NCBI GenBank assembly: GCA_964016885.1
Contig: OZ024743.1
Span: 283,278,001-283,342,000 of the forward strand
DNA from: Eledone cirrhosa
Lineage: Eukaryota
Reading direction: 5' to 3'
DNA: 64,000 nucleotides
Shown here: positions 24,671 to 39,289 of the stretch, one piece after another
How positions within the stretch are numbered: the first letter of the stretch is position 1
How the letters are laid out: every line of letters starts with the position of its first letter
The notes under the pieces: model-generated
Databases searched by the model: none
What the model was told of the DNA's origin: nothing
Seen by the model: the letters and a program-made list of their open reading frames with translations, nothing else
Made by a program: the position numbers and the translations under genes

Positions 24671-25329
24671 CCTATAAGACCAACAGATAAATACATATGA
24701 ATATGACTCTGTATTCATATTTATGTAGAACTATAGTGAATTTCTGTATATTTAATCTCTAGGGTAACTGCTTTTATGGCTTAGCATTTTTACTTTACTA
24801 AACAGAAAAATTAAACAAGCTGCCTTCAAAGATTTCTGACTAGACACATTCAATTGACTACAAAAGCAGAACAACATCTATTAACTCAGTTTTCCAATAA
24901 CTTTATTATATATGATCTGCTACATAAACAAAAACTGTTAATATGATCCTATTTAACAATAACAAACTCACAATTAAAAGATGGCAGCGCTCCAGTACTC
25001 CAAAGCAGCCAAACAACTTAAAGAACAAAAGATCATGTGGGTTTTTATTATAATAACTAATACACTTCTGAACAAACACAATCATATAGTATTGTTATCA
25101 AATTTTGATACTATCATCTTGTGATGTAATCAAATATTGACAAAAGCAAATCTTGGTTTCCAGCCTGTCTCCCCACCTTCTCATCCAAATAGAATTGTTA
25201 TTCTTTATATCAATTCAGCAGCTACAGACCCATTGATTTGGAAGTTGCAGGACTAAAATAAATCCAAATTTATATTATTATCATGGCTATTAAATAGACT
25301 TAATGTTATATATAATCTTTATAATGTGT

Positions 25330-27470
25330 TTGATTTGAAATTGATGCTATTGTTATAGGGTAGAATTAAGCTCCATGTGAGACACAACCAAGATCCAGTT
25401 TTGGTTTCAAGATGGGGGTCATTTCACTGCCATTATATCCCTTCATATCTACTGAAAAAATATATGAATGTAGTCAGTAGACACTGCATAGGCTATTATA
25501 AAGTTGTACCCAATTGTGAGATCAAATAGGAAATTAATCAAATTGGTGATATAAGGCAGATATCCCAATTACTCCATGTTTAAATGTAAGAGCCACTTGA
25601 GAGTTTTCAGACCTGGAAAAAGATGGTAAGCAAGAGGAAAGAGGGCAGTAAAAGAAACAACAGCATGACCCAAGGTATGGAAACTATGGCTGTCACTACT
25701 GCTATTTCCAAAGAATCTGTCACAAATCTAGAGATAACTGGAATGAAAAAAATCACTTCATCTTCAATACCACAGAGCATCAAGAAGCCAAGAGATTTCT
25801 CCTCTCACCAGAGATCCAAGTCACTCCTCTTCACCAGAGATACAACAACAAGTCTCTCCTCTCACCTGAGATCCAACAACAGGTCTCTTCTCCTCTCACC
25901 AGAGATCCAACAACAGGTCTCTTCTCCTCTCACCAGAGATCCAAGTCACTCCTCTTCACCAGAGATACAACAACAAGTCTCTCCTCTCACCTGAGATCCA
26001 ACAACAGGTCTCTTCTCCTCTCACCAGAGATCCAAGTCACTCCTCTTCACCAGAGATACAACAACAAGTCTCTCCTCTCACCTGAGATCCAACAACAGGT
26101 CTCTTCTCCTCTCACCAGAGATCCAACAACAGGTCTCTTCTCCTCTCACCAGAGATCCAAGTCACTCCTCTTCACCAGAGATACAACAACAAGTCTCTCC
26201 TCTCACCTGAGATCCAACAACAGGTCTCTTCTCCTCTCACCAGAGATCCAAGTCACTCCTCTTCACCAGAGATACAACAACAAGTCTCTCCTCTCACCTG
26301 AGATCCAACAACAGGTCTCTTCTCCTCTCACCTGAGATCCAACAACAGGTCTCTTCTCCTCTCACCAGAGATCCAACAACAGGTCTCTTCTCTCACCAGA
26401 TATCCAGTGAGATGTCTTTCCTCCTCCACCATAGATCCAATAACAGGTCTTGCCTCCTCACCAGAGATCCAACAATAGGTCTCTCTTCCTCTTTCCAGAG
26501 ATCCAACAACTTTCTCCTCCTCTCACCAGAGATCCAATAACAGGTCTCTCCTCCTCTCACCAGAGATCCAACTAGAATTCTCCTCCACAACACAGGCCAA
26601 CCACAGATTTCTTTATCATGACAGGACCAACCAGGTCTCTTTCTTTTCACAAGGCTAAGCATAGGTCTATTCATCCCCAGAGAATCCACCAAAAGTTGTC
26701 TTCTCATTGCAGAACCCCAGATGTCTCCTCATCTCCAGAAAGTTCGCCAGAGGTCTTTGTTTCACCAGAAAACTAGCCTGAGGTCTCCTCCTCACCACAG
26801 TGGTCATTAGAGATCTCTGTCTCACCAAAGCCAGCTTGAGGTTCCCTCACCACTTGATCACAGGATCAATAGGCCTCTCCACCACAGGACCAAGAAGTCT
26901 CCCCACTACAAGACCAAGAGATTTCCTCATTGCAGCTCCAACTACAGATCTCGTCCTAACCAGAGAGCCAACCAGATGACTCCTACTCACCACAATACCA
27001 AACACAAGTCTCTTCATCACTGATGACACTCTACCAACTAGACAAGACAATCAGTGGCCTAAAAACAACACTTATTATCTATAGAGGGTTAATGGAGGGA
27101 AGGAGTGTTGGTGACCCAGGAACTACTCTGGGCATTGAGGACAGTCTATGCAGACTCTTCTGGAGGACCTTCAGATCAGGAACCATGGAAAATTTCCAAA
27201 AGTCCTTGGCTTGGCAATGCTATGAGGGAGCATTACTTTTCAAAACAAGCACTATAGACATGGAGGTGCCAACATCTGAACCTGTCTGAGATGCATGCAG
27301 GATAACAAAATTGTCATGCAGGCTATTGTTCAATGTCCATGCATTACAGATTTGTGGGCTCATGCTGAACAGCTGTTAATACATGTGGGATGTATTTGAA
27401 TATCAACTGTATCAATACCAAATACCACACCACCACTTTTCCTTCACAAGGTTCGGAAGCAGGTTTTCCT
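25330..27470 (+). mobile_element. Degenerate Tx1/L1-clade LINE with internal minisatellite
   Basis: 3' part reads MENFQKSLAWQCYEGAL..CLRCMQDNKIVMQAIVQCP..DLW (decayed L1/Tx1 CCHC finger); weak ORF1 knuckle-like remnant near 25545-25600. Confidence 0.6.
25790..26580. repeat. Minisatellite of 26/31/34-bp related units in higher-order arrangement, decaying to about 27020
   Basis: Units CAGAGATCCAAGTCACTCCTCTTCAC, CAGAGATACAACAACAAGTCTCTCCTCTCAC and C(T/A)GAGATCCAACAACAGGTCTCTTCTCCTCTCAC. Confidence 0.95.
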
Positions 27471-27504
27471 TGGAATGGTGTCTAAAAGTTTAAAGTCTGT
27501 CTGA

Positions 27505-27765
27505 ACCCAGAGGCTCATCAGGCCGGTGTTTATCATTGTTTCCATGGCATTAAGCAACTAAGTGTACAAGAATACCCCTGGAGAGGACGCCAGTCCATCA
27601 CATGATTAAACCCCCAGTTACAGCTGGTACTCATTTTTAGGTGAATATACTGGAGCAATGTGAAATGAAGTGTTTTGCTCAAGAACACAACACACAACTC
27701 AGTCCAGGAATCGAATCCATGACATTAAGACTGTAAGTTCAACACACTTACCATTAGGCCACTAT
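27505..27765 (-). mobile_element. SINE family S2
   Basis: Reverse complement of A box TGGCCTAATGG, B box GATTCGATTCC and TCTTGAGCAAAACACTTCATTTCACATTGCTCCAG core. Confidence 0.75.
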
Positions 27766-28834
27766 GGTAAAAGAATTGGTAAAAATTGGGTGGTGGACAC
27801 AAGTGAAAGGTTTGAGGACAGGAAGTTTATTTTTTTTAGAAAGACTTCATTAACTTCTTTATATACCACTTGAAGAGGAAAGTAAGGCTAGAGGAGGAGG
27901 TTCCGCTTTCTAGAGTCAGGAAAGGTAGGTGAGAGCAGTGAAACTAACAAGGTTGAATGAGTCTACTCTGATTATGCTTTTCTGAGAGAGGGGATTTTCA
28001 GTGCCTTTGGTAATATGAAATAATCCACAACTTTATGTGGGGTTTTCACCCGAATTATCCTTAGTGGTCATCCCTCCTGTTCGGCAATTTTTCTTGTTGA
28101 AAATCTATTGTTATATTTATTATTTTTTTTGATTTTGACCCTTACCCTTTTACTCAATATGAACCCCATTTATGATACATCATGTATTGTCCCCATCTTT
28201 GGCCCTTGTGGCCAATAAAAGAAATACTTATTTTTATTATTAGGAAAGAAGATGTAATGTTTGTTTGATATAAGCCATAGAAACAAGCGAGAAGATTCAA
28301 TCTTCTCTCAATGAAATTATTGATATGCAGTCTATTGCTTTAATTTCATTACTGTCGTGAATAAGATAAATCAAAGAAAAACATTTGTCAGGCTAGAATG
28401 AAATAACATCCGATGTGAAGGAAAAGTCTATAAAAGAAATTGTATAAATCTCCAATACTTACTTGCTCAGCTGATCCCCCCCCCCCCCCCCCAATTCAAT
28501 ATAGAGATGAACCAGGAAGAGAATATTTTTGAAATACAAAGTAATGAGAGGAAATGCCTCCAAAACAATGTCTGCAGATGTCTTGTTATAAAGCTAAATA
28601 ATTTGATCTGACAGATTGATTATATATGTATATATATAATATATACATATATACACCCATGGTTGCATGGAAAAATGGACGTTAAACAGTGATGAGGATG
28701 TTGATGATGATATATATATATATACATATGTATATATATGTATACATATATATATATGTATATAATATACATATTTTATGTATGTATACATACATATATA
28801 AATATATATATATATGTATATATATATAAATATA

Positions 28835-28880
<46 letters not shown>

Positions 28881-28881
<1 letters not shown>

Positions 28882-29181
28882 GGCCTTGCAATCGAAAGGT
28901 TGTGAGTTCAATTCTCAGACCGGGTGATGTGTTGTTTCCTTGAGCAAGGCACTTTATTTCACATTGCTCCAGTTTACTCAGCTGTAGAAATGAGATGATA
29001 GGGACTGGAGTCCCTATCATTCCACTGCAAAGTGGTTGTGTAGGCGCCTCGGCAAAAACCACCCAGCACTCACTGTAAATGAGGTTGGTGTTAGGAAGGG
29101 CATCCAGCTGTAGAAATCAAGCCAGAATCAGTTCCCATACCACCCTTGCAAGCAGGGAAAAGTGGACGTAAAATGATGATG

Positions 29182-29183
<2 letters not shown>
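28881..29183 (+). mobile_element. SINE with tRNA head, CORE-like body and RTE-A-derived 3' tail
   Basis: GAGTTCAATTC B box, CCTTGAGCAAGGCACTTTATTTCAC, then a segment nearly identical to the RTE-A 3'UTR and (ATG)n. Confidence 0.85.
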
Positions 29184-29214
<31 letters not shown>

Positions 29215-29232
29215 AGATGGCTAGTTAAGTTA

Positions 29233-29840
29233 GGCTTAAAAATGGAATAAGAATAAGAAGAAAGTATGGACGGGGGGGGGGGGGGGCATCAGTTGTCTAC
29301 TGGGGGTCTCGGATATTTCAACGCTTTAAAGACAATATATCTACCCCCCAGAGCGTTCAATAACTGGGTAAGTTATTGGGAAAACGGAGGAGGGAGGGAA
29401 GGAAAATAGAAGGGAATATTTCAACGCTTTAAAGTGATAACAGAGCTTAAGTTCGAGAGCATGTGGGTGAACAAAAAGACACGACTGACCCCAGCGAGTG
29501 TAAGTGAGAAAAGGACTGCTAGAAGGTCAGGCGTTCACCCATGCGCTCTCGAACTTAAGTTCTGTTACCACTGTGGTCTTACCTTAAGTTGCTTACACAT
29601 TCCTCGGTTTGTTGTTTTTTTTCACTATTTTCTCTTTACTTCCCTTTTCCCTTTTTCCCTTCTATTTTCTTTCTCTCCCTCTTCCATTTTCCCAATAACT
29701 TACCCAGTTATTGAACGCTCTGGGAGTAGATGTATTGTCTTTAAAGCATTGAAATATCCGAGACCCCAGTAGACAACTGATGAGAAAACCCCCTCCCCCC
29801 TGTTCTTGCTTTCTTTTTTTTCTCATTCCATTTTTAAGCC
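29233..29840. repeat. Nested fold-back element (outer arms about 180 bp, inner arms about 39 bp)
   Basis: 29233-29410 is inverted to 29660-29840; 29434-29472 is inverted to 29533-29571. Confidence 0.85.
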
Positions 29841-30219
29841 CATATATATATATATGTATGTATGTATGTATGTATATGTACATATACATATGTATATATG
29901 TATACATATATATATACATACACACTCACATCATACATTTATATGGCTACCATATACACTTTAATTTCTCTATGCAAGAACTAGTATTACATATTAAACT
30001 GACTGACAAAGCATTTAGCTTTAGCCAGCACAGGAATGTTCCTTGGCAAATATTCTTCTGTTTGTTTAAAATTATGTGTCTTTCAATTCACAAAGATAAT
30101 AAACCTCTGAACCATAACAATTTTAACTCTTTGCAGGCAACAATTGCAGGCAACAATTGCAGGCAACAATTTTCAAATAATCTTTTGTTGTAATTTAGTT
30201 TATATAAGAAATCTATACA

Positions 30220-30547
30220 GTCAGTGAATTGACAAAGTTGTTAGGCTTGTGAATTAAATACCTCAATATTTTCTCAGGCTTACTTTGCCAATCATCCTCT
30301 TGAGGTCGATAAAATAAAATACCAGTAACATACTGAGATTAATGTTATCAACTCTCCCCACCATAAATTATTGGCTTTGTGCCAATGTTAAAAAGAATTA
30401 TTAATATTTTTTAGGGTGGTAGATTGACAGAATCATTTGAGTATTGGACAAATGTTTTGCAGCATTTAGTTATGTTCTGAGTTCAAAATCTGTTGATGTT
30501 GTCATCATTGCTTTTCATCCTTCTGGGATCAACAAAATAAAGTACCA
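30220..30547 (+). mobile_element. Two SINE S1 copies
   Basis: GAGTTCAAA, CTTTCATCC..GATAAAATAAA.TACCA core. Confidence 0.6.
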
Positions 30548-30849
30548 TCCAGAGGTAGTGGATTAGCAGAATTGTTTAAAAATAGATGCAATGCTGTGTA
30601 GTACCTGGTTTGGCTCTATGCATTCTGATTTCTAATCATACTTTCTGCCATTTGCAACTGCCAGATTGTATCAGTAATGAAAAAAACAATGGAGACATTC
30701 TTTCCTTCACTTCTTCTCTATATATATAAGGAGAGGGTCATAGTTTTGTAGGCACTCCAAGACTAGTGATGTTTCCTTTGAACTTTTGCTTGTAATCTAA
30801 ATGAGTGTCCAATGTGTAGCAGTGTTAGGAAGGATTATCACCCTCATCA

Positions 30850-31520
30850 TCATCATCATCAGGAGTATTACCTGTGCCAAATTTAGAAGGCTTCACTAAG
30901 TCTATCTAGCAACTTCAGAAGATAGAAACCATTGTAGTAGATATAGGAGTGACAGGAGAAGTTGTAAAACATTTGTTGAATAAGGGTTTGCCAGTTCTGT
31001 CAACTGGACTTTGGGGAAATACATGTGTAGCTCATGAGGTAAAGTTAATTAAAGTATGTTCCAAGCAATCAGGCTCATTGGCATTAAACAACTGGGAGTG
31101 CAAAACTTCCCCTTGGACAGGATGCCTATCCATCGCAGGGTTAACCCCCAGCAACTGTTGGCACTCATTTACAGTTGAGTAACTGGAGCAACGAAATGTT
31201 TCGTTCAAGGGCACAATGTGACACCTGGTTCAGGAATCAAACCCACAACATTATGGTCATAAGTTAAACACCCTAACAACTAGGTCATGCTTCTTCATAT
31301 AGCAGCCACCTAGTCCCAGATATATGAGCAATACTTTTATTATAAGATGCATGATTCTTTACAAAAGGCCTGTAACTAAACAGAGCTGCCTTGTTTTCTG
31401 GACCTAAAGAGGAAGCCTTGAATTTGGGATACTGTTTCTGCTATATTATAAAGGTGTGGTTACTATGAATAGTCATAAGAGATTTGGGTTATAGCATTTG
31501 TATAGATTGTGAAGATTTTA
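30850..31520 (-). mobile_element. CR1/L2-like LINE 3' relic interrupted by SINE S2 (31075-31295)
   Basis: Minus-strand remnants resembling LFRSRK..IWGG and SL.LLY.YYNGF.SSELA. Confidence 0.45.
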
Positions 31521-31815
31521 GCTCTGTGTTGTTCCAGATAAGGAGGGTGACAAATCATAAGTGTGTTGAAAATTTGATTCAGGAGGTTATAATGTTATCA
31601 ATATATTTCCTTGATATAGTACCAATGCAAATGAGAAACATAATAATTAAATGATAGTATTATAACACTTATATGTTTTATAGACCCACAAAATACCTAT
31701 GTTGGCAACATTTTTCCTGTGAACAGACATCTCCTACAATAAATAATCTATCAAACTTTGTATAGAATACATGAAGCCACAGCAGATAAATTACAGGTTT
31801 AAATAATTAGCTTAA

Positions 31816-32036
31816 CCCTTTAGTATTTAAACCGGCCATATCTAGCCAGAATTCTCTCACCTCTTTCTGGTCAAACCGGCTGTAACCAGCCAGTCATACT
31901 GATGTTATGGTATTGATCTCAAAATAAATAATATCAAAATCTCATAGATTCGATATTATGTGAGATAATTATGTAAGGTAAAGTCTTTAACACAAAAATA
32001 TATCAGTATATATAGCGTAATGTAAATGCTAAAGGG
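31816..32036 (+). mobile_element. piggyBac-type MITE, family M1
   Basis: TTAA|CCCTTTAGTATTTA...TAAATGCTAAAGGG|TAAA. Confidence 0.8.
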
Positions 32037-32056
32037 TAAACAAAGTTTTCTTTTTA

Positions 32057-32382
32057 CTGTGAAGTGATTGATGATTAAGTGGAGATAACATAAGGTAGAA
32101 AGGACTCTTCAATTTGGCTGTTCACACGGCAACCTCTTTCAAGACATGGTTGGATAACTATCTCTTGTTCATACATTCTATATTTTGGCATGGATGTCCT
32201 TTCTTACATCAATCCCTTTACAGAGTGCAATGAGTACATTTTATTGTGGCACCAGCACTACCACTTCACAGAATGTACTGGGTATCATGTACCAGCATGA
32301 AAGAGGTTGCCATGTGAACAGCCAAATTGAAGAGTCCTTTCTACCTTATGTTATCTCCACTTAATCATCAACCACTTCACAG
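32057..32382. repeat. Inverted repeat, 85-bp arms, about 156-bp spacer
   Basis: 32057-32141 is the reverse complement of 32298-32382 with about 2 mismatches. Confidence 0.9.
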
Positions 32383-32627
32383 ATCAAGGAGAAAATATAG
32401 GATAGAGAAGACTCTTCGGTTTGGCTGAATATATGTACCTGTATGCATAGACCTGTGACACCTTATGGAGCCATAAGGGGGCCATTGTGACATGTAGCAT
32501 GTCTTGGACACTTTAAACCTGACAGTCTATCACCTCTCCAGGCCTGAACATAGCTGATTTCTTCCAGAGGAGGTGAGAGAGAGTGCGAGAGAGAGAGAGA
32601 AAGTGAGAACGATATACAGAGAAAAAT

Positions 32628-32790
32628 TTGACCCAATTACAAGACTGGTACTTTTTTTTCTCAACAACAAAAGGATGAAAGGCAGAGTTGACCTCAACAG
32701 GATTTGAACTCAGAGAGCGCATTCAGCCAAAACAAATATCACAAAGCATTCTATCCAACATTCTGATGATTCTGCTAATTTGCCACCTAC
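32628..32790 (-). mobile_element. SINE S1
   Basis: GGATGAAAGGCAGAGTTGACCTC..GGATTTGAACTCAG. Confidence 0.7.
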
Positions 32791-33576
32791 CTTAGTATAT
32801 GATAACATCAAAAAGAAAAATGAAAAATGAAAGTTCTATATCCTAATGACCATATACATTCATATCTCATCGTCCTTTTGTTCACTTTAAAGGATGACAG
32901 GCAACAAATACCATTTCGTATTTCTTAACATATCATTTTATGTGTGTCACTGGCTTAGATCATCTTATTTTGTTCAATAGCAGGAGCAAAAAGATATATG
33001 TAGGTAGTGGAATTAAACAGCTGGACAAGTTCTGTGTTAATCAGAATTCTCAATAATGTTAATAATGATGTTGATGTATGTATATCATCATCATCATCAA
33101 GATTTAACAGAGATAGCGAGAGAGAGAGATTTCATTTCAGCTGATCCTTTATCCTGATATGCTAGAATTTTCCCCAGTATTACAGAAAAGAGTTTCTCTG
33201 TCTGAAGACCCATCAACTTGTCAGATATATTCCAAAGAGGCCACTGGATCAACAACAACACAAGTGTTTTAAAGTCATTTTCCTTACTAAAAAAAGGGGG
33301 TTGGCCTTGGTGGCCCCATAACAGGCTTAATTATACTTATCATTGGATTTTTTTGTCAAATCTTTTAGTTGCTTCTTACAACAAGCAGGGATGTGGTGTA
33401 CCTATTCTAAATTAGTTCAACCTAAATAAACTGTATAACATATCACTATACGGATTCACTGCCATACGTAGGACAGAAAGTCCTTATAATATTATCTATA
33501 TTCTAGTACAGGGTACTAAATTGAATAATGGCCTTATTCATCTTAACTAGTAACATCTCATATATATGTGTGAGTG

Positions 33577-33662
<86 letters not shown>

Positions 33663-34597
33663 TATGTATATATGAGCTCCCCAAAGGCTGATTGTCTAAA
33701 ATCTTAACAGTAACCATCCAAAACATTAGATTTTGAAAACTAAAAGGAAATGAAAAACAATACATTAAAAAAATCAAATAAAGATAATAGAACAAGGTTT
33801 ATTCAAGGGAACACTTTTCTTCAGGACAAAAATTTCTCAAACATTTTAGATTATCTTCTCCCATACAATTTATGATGTAATGCTACTTTGTAAAAGAACA
33901 TAAATATACACGGTAACACACACACATACAGTATATATATAATAACCTTTCAAAGAGAAATAAATAATAATAAAAAAAGAGAAATGTGTGGTGCTGAAAG
34001 TTAAACAAACATATTTTCTTTCTACAAAGATATGTGTACATTCTTTTAATATCAATGGTTTTCCATCAATGTGTTCATGAGAATGAAACTAGACACGTGC
34101 TAACCACAACAAACCTCTATGTATGTATGTTTATACATCCACCAAGAAAAACTGATATACTAAGCACACTGCAACCTTTTAATAATTGCATGCATAGATA
34201 TACACAAGCAAACATACTCAGATTAGCTCCAAGGCAAGAAAGGAAAGTTCATAATTTGAGTACATTTCGATTCATTCTTCTCCAGTTTTATAGAATGATC
34301 TCTTTTAATTTTCATCCTGCCTTTCTTTGGCTGATTGTCTTCTCCTTCTATTGAAACTTGGTCAACCAGCAGCTGTTCAGAAATGAATCCCTTCTTTTAT
34401 TGTCTTTATACCAGCAGATGGCCCTTAGTCACACCCAGGCAGGTGTGTTTTATTCTTCCTGTGAGATATTTACTTTGGCTTTTTGAAGAGGGTTGGGTTG
34501 GTTGTTACTTCCAGAAAATAATTGATATTATGTACCAAAATTCAATAGGTAGGCAAATATATATATATACTCACACACACACATACACACACATATG

Positions 34598-34660
<63 letters not shown>

Positions 34661-34743
34661 GAATATATATATATATATATATGTGTCAGTATGTATGTGT
34701 ATGTATATATATATATACGTGTGTGTGTGTATATATATATATA

Positions 34744-34800
<57 letters not shown>

Positions 34801-34809
34801 ACATATATA

Positions 34810-34850
<41 letters not shown>

Positions 34851-34865
34851 ACATATATATATATA

Positions 34866-34958
<93 letters not shown>

Positions 34959-35014
34959 CAAATAGGTAATATTTCTCTTGGTTGCATATCAAGAGTGAAT
35001 GTGTGTGTATATGC

Positions 35015-36468
<1,454 letters not shown>

Positions 36469-36548
36469 TGAAATAGAAACAACAAAGCAAGCAACAGAGT
36501 AGATTGAAGAAATATATTTGTTTAACGCTTGATGTAGTAGGAACAGTA

Positions 36549-36580
36549 TTTATGTTTCGGACACTAGTCCTTCATCAGAA
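36549..36580 (-). ncRNA. Minimal type I hammerhead ribozyme (family H2-related repeat, 36464-36670)
   Basis: Minus strand TT-CTGATGA-A-GGAC-TAGT-GTCC-GAAA-CA-TA-AA. Confidence 0.72.
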
Positions 36581-36685
36581 GATAGAATGAGAAATAAAAG
36601 ATGAAATAGAAAGATAGAGAGTGAAAAGAGGAAGGAACAGAAAAAATATATTTTTAGAAAAAGAATGTGTCTATTATATAAATCT

Positions 36686-36788
36686 GGAGGTTAACTTTGC
36701 CTTTCATCCTTACGGGGTCGATAAAATAAAGTACCAGTAATTCACTGGAATAATTGGTGGCTTTGTGCCAAAGGTAGAAACAATTATA
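36686..36788 (+). mobile_element. SINE S1 3' part
   Basis: GAGGTTAACTTTGCCTTTCATCCTTACGGGGTCGATAAAATAAAGTACCAG. Confidence 0.75.
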
Positions 36789-36861
36789 TTTAGTTATATA
36801 TGGCTAACTGAATACACACAGGCCAGTACTGGGATTGATTCTTACCCTATATCTCTTTCCC

Positions 36862-36933
<72 letters not shown>

Positions 36934-37639
36934 TCTGTGGAAAATACTCTGTTGTGTCCAGACTTGGAGTGGAGATGGGCTCCACCAGATTTTAAGAATT
37001 GCCCAATAAGCAGCCATATGGCTTCACCATAAGTTACATGTAAATGATACATAACGCTCCCCTGAGATATTTTCCTTCAACCATATTGCTAACATACATC
37101 ATATCCATCATGGTTTCTATGCCCACCTTTCCATGATGGCATGGATTTGGATAGGATGTTTTGAGACAATATTTTACAGCCAGATTCCCTTTCTAATGCC
37201 AACCCTTTTAGTTGATTCTTATAACATGCACAGATATAGTGTACTTATTCTAAAATCCAAGATACACATAGCATAAAAAAGTTTAGTAAAACCCTCATTG
37301 TGTAAACTCTGACCAAGATTGAACCCCAACCAGGATCTGTACCCTTTCTACACACCTTACCACTTGGCCATTAAAACAACTACACATGTAAAATATATTA
37401 CAGTTCTTCTGACAAATGTATGTCTGTTGTATGTGTGTCTATCAGTCTGGCAGATAACTGCTTGTTATATAATCTTTATGATACACTTATCAGTTCTAAT
37501 AATCTCTTTGACACTGACTGTGATATAATCTCCAATACTATTTCACCAATGCACAGTTACATATAAGTAATACATATTAAACTCCTTGACACAAGGAATG
37601 CTTCAAGCTAAATTTCAACCTTTCTTTCAGATGCCTTTT

Positions 37640-38500
37640 ACACCTGCGAATAAAAGTCTTGAGCCAACCTAAGCTACTCTGAAGTATTTCACATTACAGA
37701 GTGCCACAAGCTACTTATATGAAGACTATTAGCAAAGGTTATATTTTTGTTGATATTGATGGCCATTTGTCAAGATCCCTAATTTCTGAGGCCAAGAAAT
37801 GAAAATAGGCTTTCAGAACTCGTAGTAAGCTAAGGCAATGTCCAGGATTTTTGTTCAGAATAACTATAAGCAAAACTATTGATAGCTATGCTTCAGGACA
37901 GTAACAGATGTTGACCTAATGCCTGTGTATGATGAATTTAAAGTAGAATGGATCTGTTGCACACCGGCAGCTATAGCTATCAATGACAGCCGATAACTAA
38001 AACCAGAATCTAAATCTATGTTCAAGATGGATAAAAAAAAAATAGTGGAATTCTCGTATGAAACTAAGTATTGGAGTGACATATCCATAGGAAGAATGTA
38101 ACTTAATACTGCAAGCTATAATTATCTTGACTTTGTTTAGGGTATAATGTATCTAGGACTACAATGTCCTGCATAAATATGTGTCCTTTTTTTAAGGCAG
38201 TAGGACATGATTTGAAGAAAGTTTGGCTGCTATTTCTATCAAGTTAATCTACCATGGAAAGCTGTCTCTTTGAATAGTGCACAAAGTAAAAAGAGAGCTT
38301 TATGCTTTCTCCTACCCTGTGTAACTACAGAGCTGATGCTGTGCAGCTATATGTTCTATAATGTTGCATCTTATGGTTCTTCCTCTCCAATGATAGGTAA
38401 CTTACTAAATGTTTACCCTAAAGCTACAGCTCCATATTTTCTCTGCTTAGTGTTGAAGACATAATTTAATGTTTTAGGACATCTATCTATGGCAGGGAAA
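37640..38500 (-). mobile_element. Highly decayed CR1-like RT relic
   Basis: IAAGVQQ resembles the INAGVPQG RT motif; only weak traces. Confidence 0.35.
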
Positions 38501-38527
38501 TTATGGGATATTGTTCTGTTATCTTAA

Positions 38528-39124
38528 CCCTTTTGATACCAAACTGCCTGAAACCATGTGTGGTTCTATAATAATAAACTGCTTATTTTAAAGTGTTTAT
38601 ATTTATATAAAAACTCTTGGCAGTATCGGTAGAGCGCTGGTCATGCTTTGCAGCATAGAGTTACGTCCCTTTACGATCTGAGTTCAAATCCCGCCGAGGT
38701 TAACTTTGCCTTTCATTCTTACGGGGTTGATAAAATAAAGTACCAATAACATACTGGGATAATTGCTGGCCTTGTGCCAAAAGTAGGAACAATTATTTTA
38801 TGTAAGAAATTTTAACCATTTAGCATTTACATTACTCTATATTTACATTTCTCACATGATATCAAAGTTATGAGATTTTAATGTTATTTTGAAAACAATA
38901 CCTAAATATCGGTATGAGCGGCAGGTTACGACCGGTTTGAACAGAAAGAGGTGAGAGAATTCTGATCGGATATGGCTGGTTTAAATGCTAAAGGGTTAAG
39001 TTATATGTGAAACACTAACTTAATAAATTAGTTATATATTACTAAGTCCAAATTCTTGACTATTTTCAAGAATATTTGAAAATCATGAGTAATGTCTTTT
39101 ATTAGAAATATGATAACAAAAAGG
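38528..39124 (+). mobile_element. MITE M2 carrying nested SINE S1 (38618-38796) and MITE M1 (38816-38995)
   Basis: Flanks align with 745-987; the inner M1 is bounded by TTAA at 38812-38815 and 38996-38999. Confidence 0.7.
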
Positions 39125-39289
39125 TTAACCAGCTTTTTTTAACAACAGTTGGAAACTTGTAGCAGATGTCAAATACAATCGATGCCCTGGATACTTTATC
39201 AACCTAAGAAAGGTAAAAAGGTGAGAGAACTTGAAAAGATTTCACTTCACAATGTAAAGCCAATGAATCACTTTTCAGTTTAATTTTCA

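Noticed and set aside
25790-26580. CRISPR-like appearance of the ~30-bp repeats
   Set aside because: Contiguous tandem units without unique spacers, no cas genes, eukaryotic context
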